From Flavobacteriales bacterium (GTDB lineage: Bacteria; Bacteroidota; Bacteroidia; Flavobacteriales_F; PHOS-HE28): a DNA stretch of 64,000 bases. This document shows, piece by piece, positions 26,117 to 35,885 of this stretch; positions within the stretch are counted from its first letter, which is position 1, and each line of letters begins with the position of its first letter. A program made the translations under genes and the position numbers. The notes under the pieces are model-generated. The model was not told the origin of the DNA. It saw only the letters and a program-made list of their open reading frames with translations, and did not search any database. The stretch lies in the NCBI GenBank assembly GCA_030584065.1, contig CP129489.1:130797-194796 (forward strand), written 5' to 3'.

Positions 26117-27724
26117 CTACTGCACCACCAGCCGCTCGGTGAGCCGGCGCTGTCCATCGTGCAACCCGATCAGGTAGAGGCCTGCCGGGAGGTCGGTCGC
26201 CAGGGTCGAGGTGCCTGCGGAAAGCCGCTCCGCATGCACCGTGCGGCCGAGTTCATCCGAAACGGTGACCAAGCCCGAGCGGCTGCTGCGGACCTGAATG
26301 GTGCCCCGGCCCGGATTGGGGAAGACAATGAGGCGCGGTGCAGGCATCTGCACCTCCCCGGTGGACACAGCTAGGAGCAGTGCCCGGTAGGCGTTGATGC
26401 GGCCATGGCCGTGGTAGGGGTCCCAGCCGGCGACATCCTCCAGCGGGTCGCCCACCTGATCCTCGGCCGTGGCCTCGATGATCGATCGGATCTCGGCGGC
26501 GCTGCGGGCCGGGACCTGCGCCTTCAGCAGGGCGGCCAGTGCGCTCACGTGCGGGGTGGCCTGCGAGGTGCCGGACCAGTAGGTGCTGTACCCTGTGTTC
26601 GACAGGTGGCTGAATCCGTAGATGTAGTCGCCCGGGGCGCATACGCTGATGTGGCCTCCGTAATTGCTGCCGCTCGTGCTGCCCCAGTAGAAGGGGGCGG
26701 CCCGCCGGTCATTGGGCTTGGTGGCGCCCACGGCCATCACGCCGTTGAGCGCTGCTGGATAGAATGGCGTGGCGGAATTCGTGTTCATCATGCAGGCCAC
26801 CACCAGCACGTCGTTGGCCGCGGCGTAGTCCGCGGCGGCCTGCAGCTCGAACGATGGATCCGTGCCGCCCATGGACATGCTGATGATGTCCGCGCCGTTG
26901 TCCACGGCATAGTACATGGCGGCGATCCACCAGCTGTACCAGCCTTGGTTGGCGGAGTTCAGCGCCTTCAGCACCATGGCCCTGCAGTTGAGGTCCACAC
27001 CCGCGAAGCCCGTGGCGTTGTTGCCCTCGGCCGCCACGATGCTCGTCACATTGCTGCCGTGGCCCTGGTCGTCGGCCGGGTCGTTATCGTCGTTGGCGAA
27101 ATCCCAGCCCCGCCAATCATCGATCAGGCCGTTGCCATCATCGTCCATCCCGTTGCCGGGCACCTCCTCGCCGTTCTGCCAGAGGCGGTCGCCCCAGTCG
27201 GGATGCTGCAGGCGCACGCCGGAATCGATGATCGCCACGGTGACATCGGCACTGCCCTGCTCCAGCTCCCACGCGCTCTCCATGTCGATGTCCGCGCCCG
27301 CGGTGGCCGTTGAGAGGCTGAAGGATCCGTCGTTCTTCAGGCCCCACTGGCGGAAGTAGTAGGTGTCGTCCGGCACGAAGCTCCTGTCACCTCCGCCCTG
27401 GCCCAGGCGATCGGGCTCGGCGCACACCACGCCCGGCACGGCCCCGAAGGCCGCCGCCGCGCTTTCGGGATCGGCCGGCCCGGCGAGTTCGATCGCATAG
27501 AGCCGCGGTACGCCCGTCCGGGCCGGCGTCAGGCGCTTGGCGCTCACGGCGCCGAAGCCCCGGCTGAGCCGGTCGAGGGGCTCCAGGCCCACTGCTGCGC
27601 GTGCGGCGATGGGCACGGCCTTCAATTCCGCGGCATCGGATACGCGCACGATGATGCGCCCGGTGGTCTGCGCGAGCAGCACGGTCGGCAGGATGGCCGC
27701 AACGAGTGAGGAAATGCGCTTCAT
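26117..27724 (-). CDS. S8 subtilisin-family serine peptidase with T9SS CTD
   Basis: Signal peptide MKRISSLVAAILPTVLLA; triad blocks AIIDSGV, HGSNVTS, SGTSQATPHV; CTD IVFPNPGRGTIQV...GLYLIGLHDG. Confidence 0.9.
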   Translation of the reverse strand: MKRISSLVAAILPTVLLAQTTGRIIVRVSDAAELKAVPIAARAAVGLEPLDRLSRGFGAVSAKRLTPARTGVPRLYAIELAGPADPESAAAAFGAVPGVVCAEPDRLGQGGGDRSFVPDDTYYFRQWGLKNDGSFSLSTATAGADIDMESAWELEQGSADVTVAIIDSGVRLQHPDWGDRLWQNGEEVPGNGMDDDGNGLIDDWRGWDFANDDNDPADDQGHGSNVTSIVAAEGNNATGFAGVDLNCRAMVLKALNSANQGWYSWWIAAMYYAVDNGADIISMSMGGTDPSFELQAAADYAAANDVLVVACMMNTNSATPFYPAALNGVMAVGATKPNDRRAAPFYWGSTSGSNYGGHISVCAPGDYIYGFSHLSNTGYSTYWSGTSQATPHVSALAALLKAQVPARSAAEIRSIIEATAEDQVGDPLEDVAGWDPYHGHGRINAYRALLLAVSTGEVQMPAPRLIVFPNPGRGTIQVRSSRSGLVTVSDELGRTVHAERLSAGTSTLATDLPAGLYLIGLHDGQRRLTERLVVQ

Positions 27725-27776
27725 GGTTCGCACGGTTGGAGCATGGGCAAGTTAAGCCGCGCGGGCGCGCTCCGCC

Positions 27777-29396
27777 TCAGGGCTGCCCGTCCCGGCCTTC
27801 GAGCAGGTCGCGGAGTGCGGCGCCCTGATGCCCGCTCTTGGGCGGCACCAGGCTCATGGCGTACTCCGCCAGGGCCGTGATGGTGAGGCTGGGGTTCACG
27901 CCCAGGTTGGCGGGGATGACGGATCCGTCGATGATGCGCAGATCCGGGTACCCGAAGGCCTCGAAGCGCTCGTTCACGACGCCCTCGCCCGCATCGGCGC
28001 CCATGGGGCAGCCGCCCAGGATGTGCGCCGTGCTGCTCATGTCGAGCAGCACCTCGGGCAGCGCGTTCATGGCGGTGCCGCCGGCTTTCGCGGCGTAGCG
28101 GTGCATCACTTCCTGGCCGATGCCGATGTAGGCCGGCACGCGCTTGCCGCCGTCGCTCGCCACGCTCAGCCGGCCACCGAAGAGGCCGCGCTTCCACTGC
28201 ACGCGCACGGCGTTGTCCAGGCTCTGCATCACCAGCAGGATGATGCTGTGCCGGCCGAAATCGCGGCGAAGCACCCTCAATGCCTTGCGCGGCTGCGTCA
28301 CCGTGTTCCAGATGGACTTCGCCATGCGCAGCAACGGTGGTCCCTCGCCGGCGGCCATCACCGCCAGCAGGCCCATGGCGCCGGATCCGTCGCCGTACTT
28401 CACCAGCTCGATGTGGGTGTGCGGATCGGGCTCGAACACGCGGCTGATGGCAACGCCATGGTTCACCTTCACCGGTATGCCGCTGATGCCGCAGAGCGAT
28501 TCGCTGTTGGTGCGCAGGCTGGCCCCCAGCTGGTCGGAGAGCGCCGGCAGCGTGCCCACCTCGTGCTTCTGGCGCATCAGGAGCTTCAGCGTGCCCATCA
28601 CGCCGGCGCTCACCACCAGCCCCTTGGCGCGGAACACGCGGGGACGGCCCGTCCCCCAAGCCGTGGAGCGGCGTGTGTGCACGTGATAGAGGCCGTCGGC
28701 GTGCTCGATGCGCGTCACCTCCGTCTCCGCCTCGATGCGCGCGCCGAAGCGCTCGGCGAACCAGAGGTAGTTCTTGTCGAGCGTGTTCTTGGCATTGAAC
28801 CGGCAGCCGACCATGCAATTGGCGCAGGCGGTGCAGCCGGTGCGTTCCGGGCCGAGCCCCTTGAAGTACGGGTCGGTGGGCGCCAGCGTGTCCCCGAGGT
28901 AGATGCCGACATGGTCCACGGGCTTATAGGTGCCGGCCTTGCCCATGTCACGCGCCACTTCGGCGAGGATGCGGTCTTCGGGCCCTTCCGGCACGTACCG
29001 CGTGCTGCCCAGCATGAAGCGCGCAGTGACGTAATGCGGCGCCAGGCGCGCCTTCCAGTCGCCGAACCGCGACCAGGCCGGATGGCGGAAGAACCCGTCG
29101 CCCGGCATCATGTGCGTGTTGGCGTAGATGAGGCTTCCGCCTCCCACGCCCGCGCCGCTCAGCACCATGATGCGGTTGAGCAGCTGGATCCGCTGCGGCC
29201 CGAAGCAGCGGAGCATCGGCGCCCAGAGGAAGCGCCGCAGGTTCCAGTTGGTGCGCGGGAAATCCTTCGCCGCCCACCGCTTCCCCTGCTCCAGCACCAG
29301 CACATCGTAGCCCTTCTCGGCCAGGCGCATGGCGCTCACGCTGCCGCCGAAGCCCGAGCCGATGACGATGTGGTCGTGGATGCGGTCCTCACCCAT
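27777..29396 (-). CDS. GMC-family FAD oxidoreductase (cholesterol-oxidase-like)
   Basis: N-terminal FAD fold VIGSGFGGSVSAMRLAEKGYDVLVLEQG; C-terminal GMC block DGSVIPANLGVNPSLTI. Confidence 0.85.
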   Translation of the reverse strand: MGEDRIHDHIVIGSGFGGSVSAMRLAEKGYDVLVLEQGKRWAAKDFPRTNWNLRRFLWAPMLRCFGPQRIQLLNRIMVLSGAGVGGGSLIYANTHMMPGDGFFRHPAWSRFGDWKARLAPHYVTARFMLGSTRYVPEGPEDRILAEVARDMGKAGTYKPVDHVGIYLGDTLAPTDPYFKGLGPERTGCTACANCMVGCRFNAKNTLDKNYLWFAERFGARIEAETEVTRIEHADGLYHVHTRRSTAWGTGRPRVFRAKGLVVSAGVMGTLKLLMRQKHEVGTLPALSDQLGASLRTNSESLCGISGIPVKVNHGVAISRVFEPDPHTHIELVKYGDGSGAMGLLAVMAAGEGPPLLRMAKSIWNTVTQPRKALRVLRRDFGRHSIILLVMQSLDNAVRVQWKRGLFGGRLSVASDGGKRVPAYIGIGQEVMHRYAAKAGGTAMNALPEVLLDMSSTAHILGGCPMGADAGEGVVNERFEAFGYPDLRIIDGSVIPANLGVNPSLTITALAEYAMSLVPPKSGHQGAALRDLLEGRDGQP

Positions 29397-29436
29397 GTGC
29401 GTCCCAAATCTACCGGCCGGACGGCGCGGCGCCGGC

Positions 29437-31104
29437 TCAGAACTGGAAGTAGATGAAGGGCACCATGTCCGCCGTCACGGTCTGGTAGATGAGCACCACC
29501 GCGGCGGCGCAGGCCAATGCCATGGCCCAGAGCGGGAGCGCGGCGAAGCGCTCGCGGTAGCGCTGCTTGAGCGACTCGGGCAGCCAGTGGATGACGAGCC
29601 CGGCCAGGGTGACGCCCAGCACGCTGCGGAAGGCCCAGAGCACATCGCCGGCCAGGTGTAGGCCGAAGTCGCTGGTCACCTGGTGGAGGAAGGCATTGGC
29701 GGTCTCCAGGTCGGGGCTGCGGAACCAGATGCGCGTGAAGCTGATGAAGGTGAAGGTGAGGAGCACCGACCAGGCGTGCGCGGCCCAGTGCGTGCTGCGG
29801 CCCCAGGGGCTGATGCGCTTCCAGGCCTTGTGCACCACCAGCCCCAGGCCGTTGAGGCCGCCCCAGATCACGAACATCCAGCTGGCGCCGTGCCACAGGC
29901 CGCCGATGAGCATGGTGATCATGAGGTTGAGGTTGGTGGTGATGGCATTGTGCACCGCCGGGGAGAGGCGAACGAGCACAGCGGCGAGGGCCACGACGGA
30001 CAGGTACACCACCGGCAGCCACCACCATCCCGTGAGCAGGATGAGCGCTGCGCCGATGATGCCGAGCATGATCCAGGAGAAGCGCGATCCGCCCCGGTTG
30101 CCGCCCATGGGGATGTAGAGGTAGTCGCGCAGCCAGGTGCTCAGGCTCATGTGCCAGCGGCGCCAGAAGTCGCCCACGTCGGCGGCCTTGTAGGGGCTGT
30201 TGAAGTTCTTGGTGAGGCGGAAGCCCATGAGCAGGGCGATGCCGATGGCGATGTCGGTGTAGCCGCTGAAGTCGGCGTACACCTGCAGGGAGTAGCCGTA
30301 GAGCGCCAGCAGGTTCTCGAAGCCGGTGTAGCGCAGCGGGTCGGCGAACACGCGGTCGATGAAGTTCACCGCGATGTAGTCGCCCACCACCATCTTCTTC
30401 AGCAGCCCGTTGAGGACCCAGAACACAGCCATGCCGAACTCCGCGCGCGAGAGCCGGAAGGGCTGGGCGATCTGGGGGATGAACTCCGAGGCGCGCACGA
30501 TGGGGCCGGCCACCAGCTGCGGGAAGAAGCTCACGTAGAAGCCGAAGTCGAGCAGGTTGCGCACCGGCTTCAGGTGGCCGCGGTACACGTCGATCGCGTA
30601 GCTCATGCACTGGAACGTGTAGAAGCTGATGCCCACGGGCAGGAGCACCTTGTTCTCCACGAAATGCGCATCCCAGGCGGCGTTGGCCCAGCGGGCGAAG
30701 TAGTTCACCGGTTCGAAGGCGGTGCCCAGCAGGGCGTTGACGTTCTCCACCACGAAGTGCGCGTACTTGAAGTAGCCCAGCACGAGCAGGTTGAGCGTTA
30801 CGCTGAGCGCGAGCAGCAGCCGCTTGCGGAGCCGGTCCGGCGCTGCGGCGCTGGCCCTGCCGATGAAGAAGTCCATGACGATGCTGAAGCCCAGCAGCCC
30901 CACGAACAGACCGCTCGTCTTGTAATAGAAGAAGAGGCTCACGGCGAAGAGCCAGCCGCTGCGCCAGAGGGGGCGCCGGTGCACGATGCTGAAGCCGGCC
31001 AGGGCCACCAGGAAGAAGCCCCAGAAATAGAGCCGCGTGAAGATGACGGGCGCATGCTCATCGTAGCGGAGGAGCGCGGCCCAGTCGATCGTCGCGGTGC
31101 TCAT
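29437..31104 (-). CDS. MBOAT-family membrane O-acyltransferase (AlgI/PatA/DltB-like)
   Basis: 555 aa polytopic; conserved FWRRWHMSLSTWLRDYLYIP His motif. Confidence 0.9.
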   Translation of the reverse strand: MSTATIDWAALLRYDEHAPVIFTRLYFWGFFLVALAGFSIVHRRPLWRSGWLFAVSLFFYYKTSGLFVGLLGFSIVMDFFIGRASAAAPDRLRKRLLLALSVTLNLLVLGYFKYAHFVVENVNALLGTAFEPVNYFARWANAAWDAHFVENKVLLPVGISFYTFQCMSYAIDVYRGHLKPVRNLLDFGFYVSFFPQLVAGPIVRASEFIPQIAQPFRLSRAEFGMAVFWVLNGLLKKMVVGDYIAVNFIDRVFADPLRYTGFENLLALYGYSLQVYADFSGYTDIAIGIALLMGFRLTKNFNSPYKAADVGDFWRRWHMSLSTWLRDYLYIPMGGNRGGSRFSWIMLGIIGAALILLTGWWWLPVVYLSVVALAAVLVRLSPAVHNAITTNLNLMITMLIGGLWHGASWMFVIWGGLNGLGLVVHKAWKRISPWGRSTHWAAHAWSVLLTFTFISFTRIWFRSPDLETANAFLHQVTSDFGLHLAGDVLWAFRSVLGVTLAGLVIHWLPESLKQRYRERFAALPLWAMALACAAAVVLIYQTVTADMVPFIYFQF

Positions 31105-31108
31105 GCGG

Positions 31109-32344
31109 TCAATGGCGGATGGCGCTCAGGTGCCGGCCGTAGCGCTCCATCAGCGCCGCGAAGAGCAGGTCGCCGAGCAGCGCATAGCCCGGCCGTTTCA
31201 GGTGGATGCGGTCAGGCTGCGCCAGGCCGGCCTTCTCCCAGGCGCGGATGCTGCCCTCGCCGCCCATCACGCCGAAGGCGTCCCACACGGCCACCCCCTC
31301 CGCGGCGCTGAGGCGCAGCATCGCCTCCCGCACCGCGCCTGCGTTCCGGTTCACGTGGCGGCGCTTCACGTAGCTGTCCGTGTTCGTGGTGAGCAGGATG
31401 GCGGCACCGGGGCTGGCCTGGCGGATGCGCCGGATCAGCTCGCGGTAGTTGGCCTCGTAGCGCGCCGCGCTGAAGTCGGGGTCGTGCGCGTCGTTGATGC
31501 CGATGGAGAGGATGACCAGGTCGGGCTTCAGCAGGGCGAGCTCCTCGGCGAAGCGCTGGCAGCGCAGCCAGCTGGCCGTGCTGGCGCCGTTGACCCCGAG
31601 GGCGTGGAGGACGAATCCCGGGTCGCTGTTCTCCAGCACGATGCCCCTCAGGGTGAACCGCCGCTGCGCGGTGTCCGTGCGCTGGATGCGCAGGCGCAGC
31701 GTATCGCGCAGGCGGTCGTAGGTGAATTCGGTGTAGCCGCCCGCCGTGTCCACCCGGCGCTCGATCCGTACCGTGGTGTCCGTGCACCAGGCCTGCACCT
31801 CGTAGCTGCTGTCCATGCGGTGCAGCACGCGCACGCGGTCGAAGGCGTAGCCGGGGTAGGCCTCGCCGCGGAAGCTCACCTTGATGCCGGTGAGCGTGTC
31901 GGTGGTGGTGACGCTGATGCCCGCCGCGCCGAGCACCGAGCTGTCCGTGCGCATCACGTTGCGCACTGCCGTCCAGCTGCCCGTGTACTCCGGGTGGTAC
32001 CAGTAGGGATTGTTGCTCTTCGCCATGTTGTAGGGGAAGATGAATCCGCGTCCAGCGCGCACGCCGGGCGCCATCGTCTGCAGCCGGTGCCGCAGCTCCA
32101 TGCTCCACAGATCGGCCTGCACGTGCGACCCGCCGATGTGCGCCACGCTCACCTGCCCGGTGCCGTCGAACAGCAGCCGGTCGAGCTTCGCGTGGTAGGC
32201 CTCCCAGGCCGCGCTGTCGCCAAGGGTAGTGACGCGGTTCACCGCGGGGTTCAGGAAGGCGCGCTCCTGCACGCGCAGGGGATTGCCCTGGCCAACGGCC
32301 GTGGCCGCTGCGAGGAGCAGCGCCAGCAGCGCGGCGGCCCTCAT
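31109..32344 (-). CDS. Secreted SGNH/GDSL-fold hydrolase or acetyltransferase (PatB/Ape/AlgJ-like)
   Basis: Start MRAAALLALLLAAATAVG one nt after the upstream stop; block I HIGGSH, block V DRIHL. Confidence 0.75.
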   Translation of the reverse strand: MRAAALLALLLAAATAVGQGNPLRVQERAFLNPAVNRVTTLGDSAAWEAYHAKLDRLLFDGTGQVSVAHIGGSHVQADLWSMELRHRLQTMAPGVRAGRGFIFPYNMAKSNNPYWYHPEYTGSWTAVRNVMRTDSSVLGAAGISVTTTDTLTGIKVSFRGEAYPGYAFDRVRVLHRMDSSYEVQAWCTDTTVRIERRVDTAGGYTEFTYDRLRDTLRLRIQRTDTAQRRFTLRGIVLENSDPGFVLHALGVNGASTASWLRCQRFAEELALLKPDLVILSIGINDAHDPDFSAARYEANYRELIRRIRQASPGAAILLTTNTDSYVKRRHVNRNAGAVREAMLRLSAAEGVAVWDAFGVMGGEGSIRAWEKAGLAQPDRIHLKRPGYALLGDLLFAALMERYGRHLSAIRH

Positions 32345-32345
32345 T

Positions 32346-33830
32346 TCAGGGAAGGTCCTTGTGGTATGCGGCGAATTCATTGATCAGCGCGGTGTAGAAG
32401 AGCTCGCCCACCTTGCGCGCACCCTGGGGGCTGAAGTGCGTGTAGTCCTCGGCGGCCAGCGGCGGGTCGGCCTGCACCCAGCTCACCATGCTGTTGCGCC
32501 CGCCCATGGCCTCGTACATGTCCCAGAAGGCCGCGCCCTGCGCCAGTGCATGGGCCTTCATGGCGTCGCGCACCTCCTCGAGCCAGGGCCGCGTCACGTA
32601 GTCCGCGCCGTCCTTCACGCTCATGTCGCTGGGGCCGATGACGATGACGCACACGCCGGGGATCATGCGCTTGAAGCGCGCGATCTGCGCGCCGAAGAAG
32701 CGCCCGTACTGCTCGGCCTCCTCCTTGCTCTTCAGGTTTGGCAGCACATTGCCGCCGTACTGCAGGATCAGCAGCCGGGGGGCCAGCTCGGCGTACATGG
32801 CCGTGAGCAGGCCCTGGTCCGTGCGCCGGAATTCGTAGCCTGCGGCCCCGCGCGCCGCGATATTGTCCATGGCCACGCCGTTGCGGCCCTCCAGCGAGAT
32901 GCCGAAGACATCGGGGCTGTCGGCGCCCGTCATGGTGATGGTGACCTCCTTCGGGGCGCTCTCGAACCGCCACTCGCGCACCAGCAGCCCGGCCTCCGGC
33001 TCCACCGTCTCGCTGCTCAGCGCGGCGCCATCGGCGGCCATGGCAAGGGTGAGGGGCGCGCGGTGCCAGCCGTAGAAGAGCCGGCATACGGACCAGGCCT
33101 GCGCCTTGCCATAGCTACGCCGCTCGGGGCGCAGGGTGATGGTGGCGGTGCGCTCCGTGGAATCGGGTGCCACCGAGTCGGGGAGGATCGGCGTGAAGCG
33201 CGCGAAGGCGGAGAGCGCGCCGAAGCGGTCGTGGCCCTGCTCCTTGGGCTTCTTCGACATCACGCTGTAGCGCGTCCAGCCCGCGCTGAGCTCACGCGCC
33301 ACGCTGAAGTGCGGAACGATGTCGGCCACGGCCACCAGCCCGGGGCCCTGGCCGCCGAACTGCACCTGCAGCTTGTTGCGCACATAGGCCGTGATGCGGT
33401 CGCCCTCCAGCTGCGAATCGCCGTAGTGCAGGATGCGGACGGGGCGCTTGGCCGAAGCGGCGCCTTGCAGCGCGGCGAAGAAGGGGTGCAGGATGGCGGG
33501 CCCCTCGGGCGGGAAGTGCAGCCGGATGCGCTCCTCGAGCGGCGCCAGCTTGGAGGCGTCGAAGGCGAACGGGGGCGCCACGGTGTCCGCCGGCTCCGCC
33601 TCGAGCGCCGCCACGGCGATCGTGTCCACGGCCGCGGTGTCGGCTTCCAGGGCGATGATGTCGCTGATGTCCACCCGCTCCTCGCGCGCCGGGAAGAGCG
33701 CCTCGCGCGGGCCGGGCAGCCGGATGTTCAGGCCGGCCAGCTGCAGCCCCCCGGCGGGCAGCAGCGCCCCGATGGCCGCCAGCAGCAGCAGCACGGCCAC
33801 GAGGAAGGCGAGGATGCGCGTGGGGGTCAT
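32346..33830 (-). CDS. Membrane-anchored SGNH/GDSL-fold hydrolase or acetyltransferase
   Basis: N-terminal signal anchor ILAFLVAVLLLLAAIGALL; block I HYGDSQLEGD, block V EDYTHF; ATGA overlap with the upstream gene. Confidence 0.8.
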   Translation of the reverse strand: MTPTRILAFLVAVLLLLAAIGALLPAGGLQLAGLNIRLPGPREALFPAREERVDISDIIALEADTAAVDTIAVAALEAEPADTVAPPFAFDASKLAPLEERIRLHFPPEGPAILHPFFAALQGAASAKRPVRILHYGDSQLEGDRITAYVRNKLQVQFGGQGPGLVAVADIVPHFSVARELSAGWTRYSVMSKKPKEQGHDRFGALSAFARFTPILPDSVAPDSTERTATITLRPERRSYGKAQAWSVCRLFYGWHRAPLTLAMAADGAALSSETVEPEAGLLVREWRFESAPKEVTITMTGADSPDVFGISLEGRNGVAMDNIAARGAAGYEFRRTDQGLLTAMYAELAPRLLILQYGGNVLPNLKSKEEAEQYGRFFGAQIARFKRMIPGVCVIVIGPSDMSVKDGADYVTRPWLEEVRDAMKAHALAQGAAFWDMYEAMGGRNSMVSWVQADPPLAAEDYTHFSPQGARKVGELFYTALINEFAAYHKDLP

Positions 33831-35272
33831 GGCTTCAGCGGCACCTTGAGCCGTTGTCCGGGGCGTATGTCAGCGCCGATGCCGTTGATCCGCATCAGGC
33901 TGTCGGCATCCACGCCGGGGTATCGCTTGGCGATGCCGTAGAGTGAATCGCCGCGCTTCACCGTGTACCAGGTGAAGCCCTGTGCCGGGGCGACGCCCGC
34001 GGGCGGTGCAGGACGCGGCTCCGCCGGCGGGTCGTCGGCCACCGGCTGCTCCTGCTGGCGCTCGTAGCGCGCGCGCTGGGCCGGCGTCACGTAGATCACC
34101 AGGTCCTCGCCCACATCGATGTGGTCGCCGCGCAGCCGGTTCCAGGTGCGCAGCTGAGACACCTTCACGCCGAACCGCTGGGCGATGCGCCCGAGGTAAT
34201 CGCCGCTGCGCACGCGGTAGTAGATGGCTTCGCGCCCGTCGGGCGCCCGGGCCACCAGGTCCTCGCCGGGCTCGCTCGCCTTGCGCACGGCCTCGTTCAA
34301 CGCCTCCTGGGCGCGCCGCACCGAGTCGCCCAGCGCCGTGAACCGTGCGCCTTCGCCCTTGGGCAGCAGCAACGCGTGGAAAGCGGGCACGCGGTCGTTG
34401 CACAGGGTGCTGTTCAGTGCCTGCAGGCGCTCCTTGGGCAGCTGCAGGATGGCGCTGACGGTGCTGATCCGCAGCTCGGTGGCGGCGCGGATGGTGTCGG
34501 CAGGCTCGAAGGGCACGGCGTGGATGGGCGCGATGCCGAGCTTGCCGGCGTGCTCGGCCAGGTAGGTGAAGGCCATCCACAGCGGCAGCGCATCGCGGCA
34601 GCCGGCGGTGAAGTGGGGGTAGAGCGCTTCCATGGCGGTGCTGCCGGTGCTGCGTCCTTGCGCCCGGGTGATGTTCGCCGGGCCGCAGGCGAAGGCCATG
34701 ATGGCCATGCCCCAGTCGCCGTAGCGCGCATGCAGGTCCTTCAGATGGCGCGCCGCTGCGGCGGTGCTCAGGCGCGGGTCGCGGCGCTCATCGATGTCCG
34801 CTGTCACGCGCAGCCCGTATCGCAGCGCCACCGGGTAGGTGAGCATCCAGAGCCCGGCGCCGCCCTCGGGCGATTCGGCCAGGGTGTTCATGGCCGAGAG
34901 GCCCAGCGGCAGGTAGCGGAGCTGGCGGGGCAGCCCGTGCCGCACCAGTTCGCCCTCGATCAGCGGCGCGTACTCCTCGCACAGGCCCAGTGCCGCGCGC
35001 AGCTCATCGCGCCGCGGCTCGCCGAGCAGGTCCACGTAGCGCGCCACCAGCGTATCGGCGAACACGGGCAGCTCCGGCGATGCGGCGCGCAGCCGCGGCA
35101 GCAGGTCGCGCGTGTCCATGGCGCGCACCACGCCGGGAGCGCTCTGGCGGTGGCTCGCCTCCAGCGCCGCGCGCACGGGCCAGGTGGCCGCCAGGCTGTC
35201 GAGCCGCCAGAGCGACTGGGCGCCGGCCGACAGGGGGATGGAGCAGAGGAGGAGGAGGGCTCTGGCGCGCAT
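33827..35272 (-). CDS. MltD-like lytic transglycosylase with C-terminal LysM repeats
   Basis: Start MRARALLLLCSIPLSAGA; SLT-like core (ESPEGGAGLWMLTYP); LysM-type repeats, at least two clear (YRVRSGDYLGRIAQRFGV..., YTVKRGDSLYGIAKRY...). Confidence 0.85.
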   Translation of the reverse strand: MRARALLLLCSIPLSAGAQSLWRLDSLAATWPVRAALEASHRQSAPGVVRAMDTRDLLPRLRAASPELPVFADTLVARYVDLLGEPRRDELRAALGLCEEYAPLIEGELVRHGLPRQLRYLPLGLSAMNTLAESPEGGAGLWMLTYPVALRYGLRVTADIDERRDPRLSTAAAARHLKDLHARYGDWGMAIMAFACGPANITRAQGRSTGSTAMEALYPHFTAGCRDALPLWMAFTYLAEHAGKLGIAPIHAVPFEPADTIRAATELRISTVSAILQLPKERLQALNSTLCNDRVPAFHALLLPKGEGARFTALGDSVRRAQEALNEAVRKASEPGEDLVARAPDGREAIYYRVRSGDYLGRIAQRFGVKVSQLRTWNRLRGDHIDVGEDLVIYVTPAQRARYERQQEQPVADDPPAEPRPAPPAGVAPAQGFTWYTVKRGDSLYGIAKRYPGVDADSLMRINGIGADIRPGQRLKVPLKP

Positions 35273-35581
35273 TCGGGCCCGGTAAAGCAAGGCCCTTGCC
35301 GGCCCGCCGGCGCGTGCGCTCCACCGTGTTTTCTGCACGGGCTGGTGTGGAGCGCTCCGCGGTGCAGTACCCGTGTCCTGCGGTGGCCACTTCGTCGCAC
35401 TCCGTGCGCAGCGGTATGATGGCCGCAATCAAATGCGGTCCCGATGGCTTCGACCGCGATTCGTTATCTACCCATGGTCGGCTATTTTCAGCCCATAAGT
35501 GCCATGGAGAGCAAAGGCATATTCCAATCCGTTCCCAACGCACAGCTCGCATCGAACGGGCAGCTCTGTGCGTGTGGCGTG

Positions 35582-35609
35582 CTCTCTCTCTCTCTCTCTC
35601 TCTCTCTCT
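35582..35609. repeat. (CT)14 dinucleotide microsatellite
   Basis: 28 uninterrupted nt of CT inside the 613-nt non-coding gap 35273-35885. Confidence 0.95.
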
Positions 35610-35885
35610 ACAATGACACGGCCTGCAAAGGCCATCACAGAGAAGCCCCCGGCGCTTGCGACGCCAGGGGCCGGTAACTCATGTCCCACCAACTCTGGTA
35701 AGAAGATGAACACGAGCTAGGCAAAGGTACCGACCCCGCCCGGAACAAGCCGCGAGCCGGGCGGTGCGGTGAGCACCCGGTATCTTCGAGATCGAAGCCG
35801 GAAGCAGAGGCAGCGCGCACGCTTGTGCCGCGGTCCTACATGTGCCGAAGACGTGGCGAAAGGAGTTTGAACTTGATTGAGGAAC

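Noticed and set aside
35444-35720. Short ORFs (77, 73 and 81 aa) spanning the (CT)14 tract, translating to SLSLSL / ERERER
   Set aside because: No start context, no protein-like composition, and a 28-nt dinucleotide repeat inside a CDS would be unstable. Treated as non-coding.
35273-35885. Possible tmRNA, RNase P RNA, cobalamin or c-di-GMP-I riboswitch in the long intergenic region
   Set aside because: Short resemblances exist (GGCTTCGAC, GGCAAAG/TGCAAAGG, GGTGCGGTGAGCACC). However, the hallmark elements are absent or wrongly spaced: the GAGGAAAGTCCGG box, a T-arm ending in CCA, the B12 box, and the paired GGCAAA...CGCAAAGC spacing.
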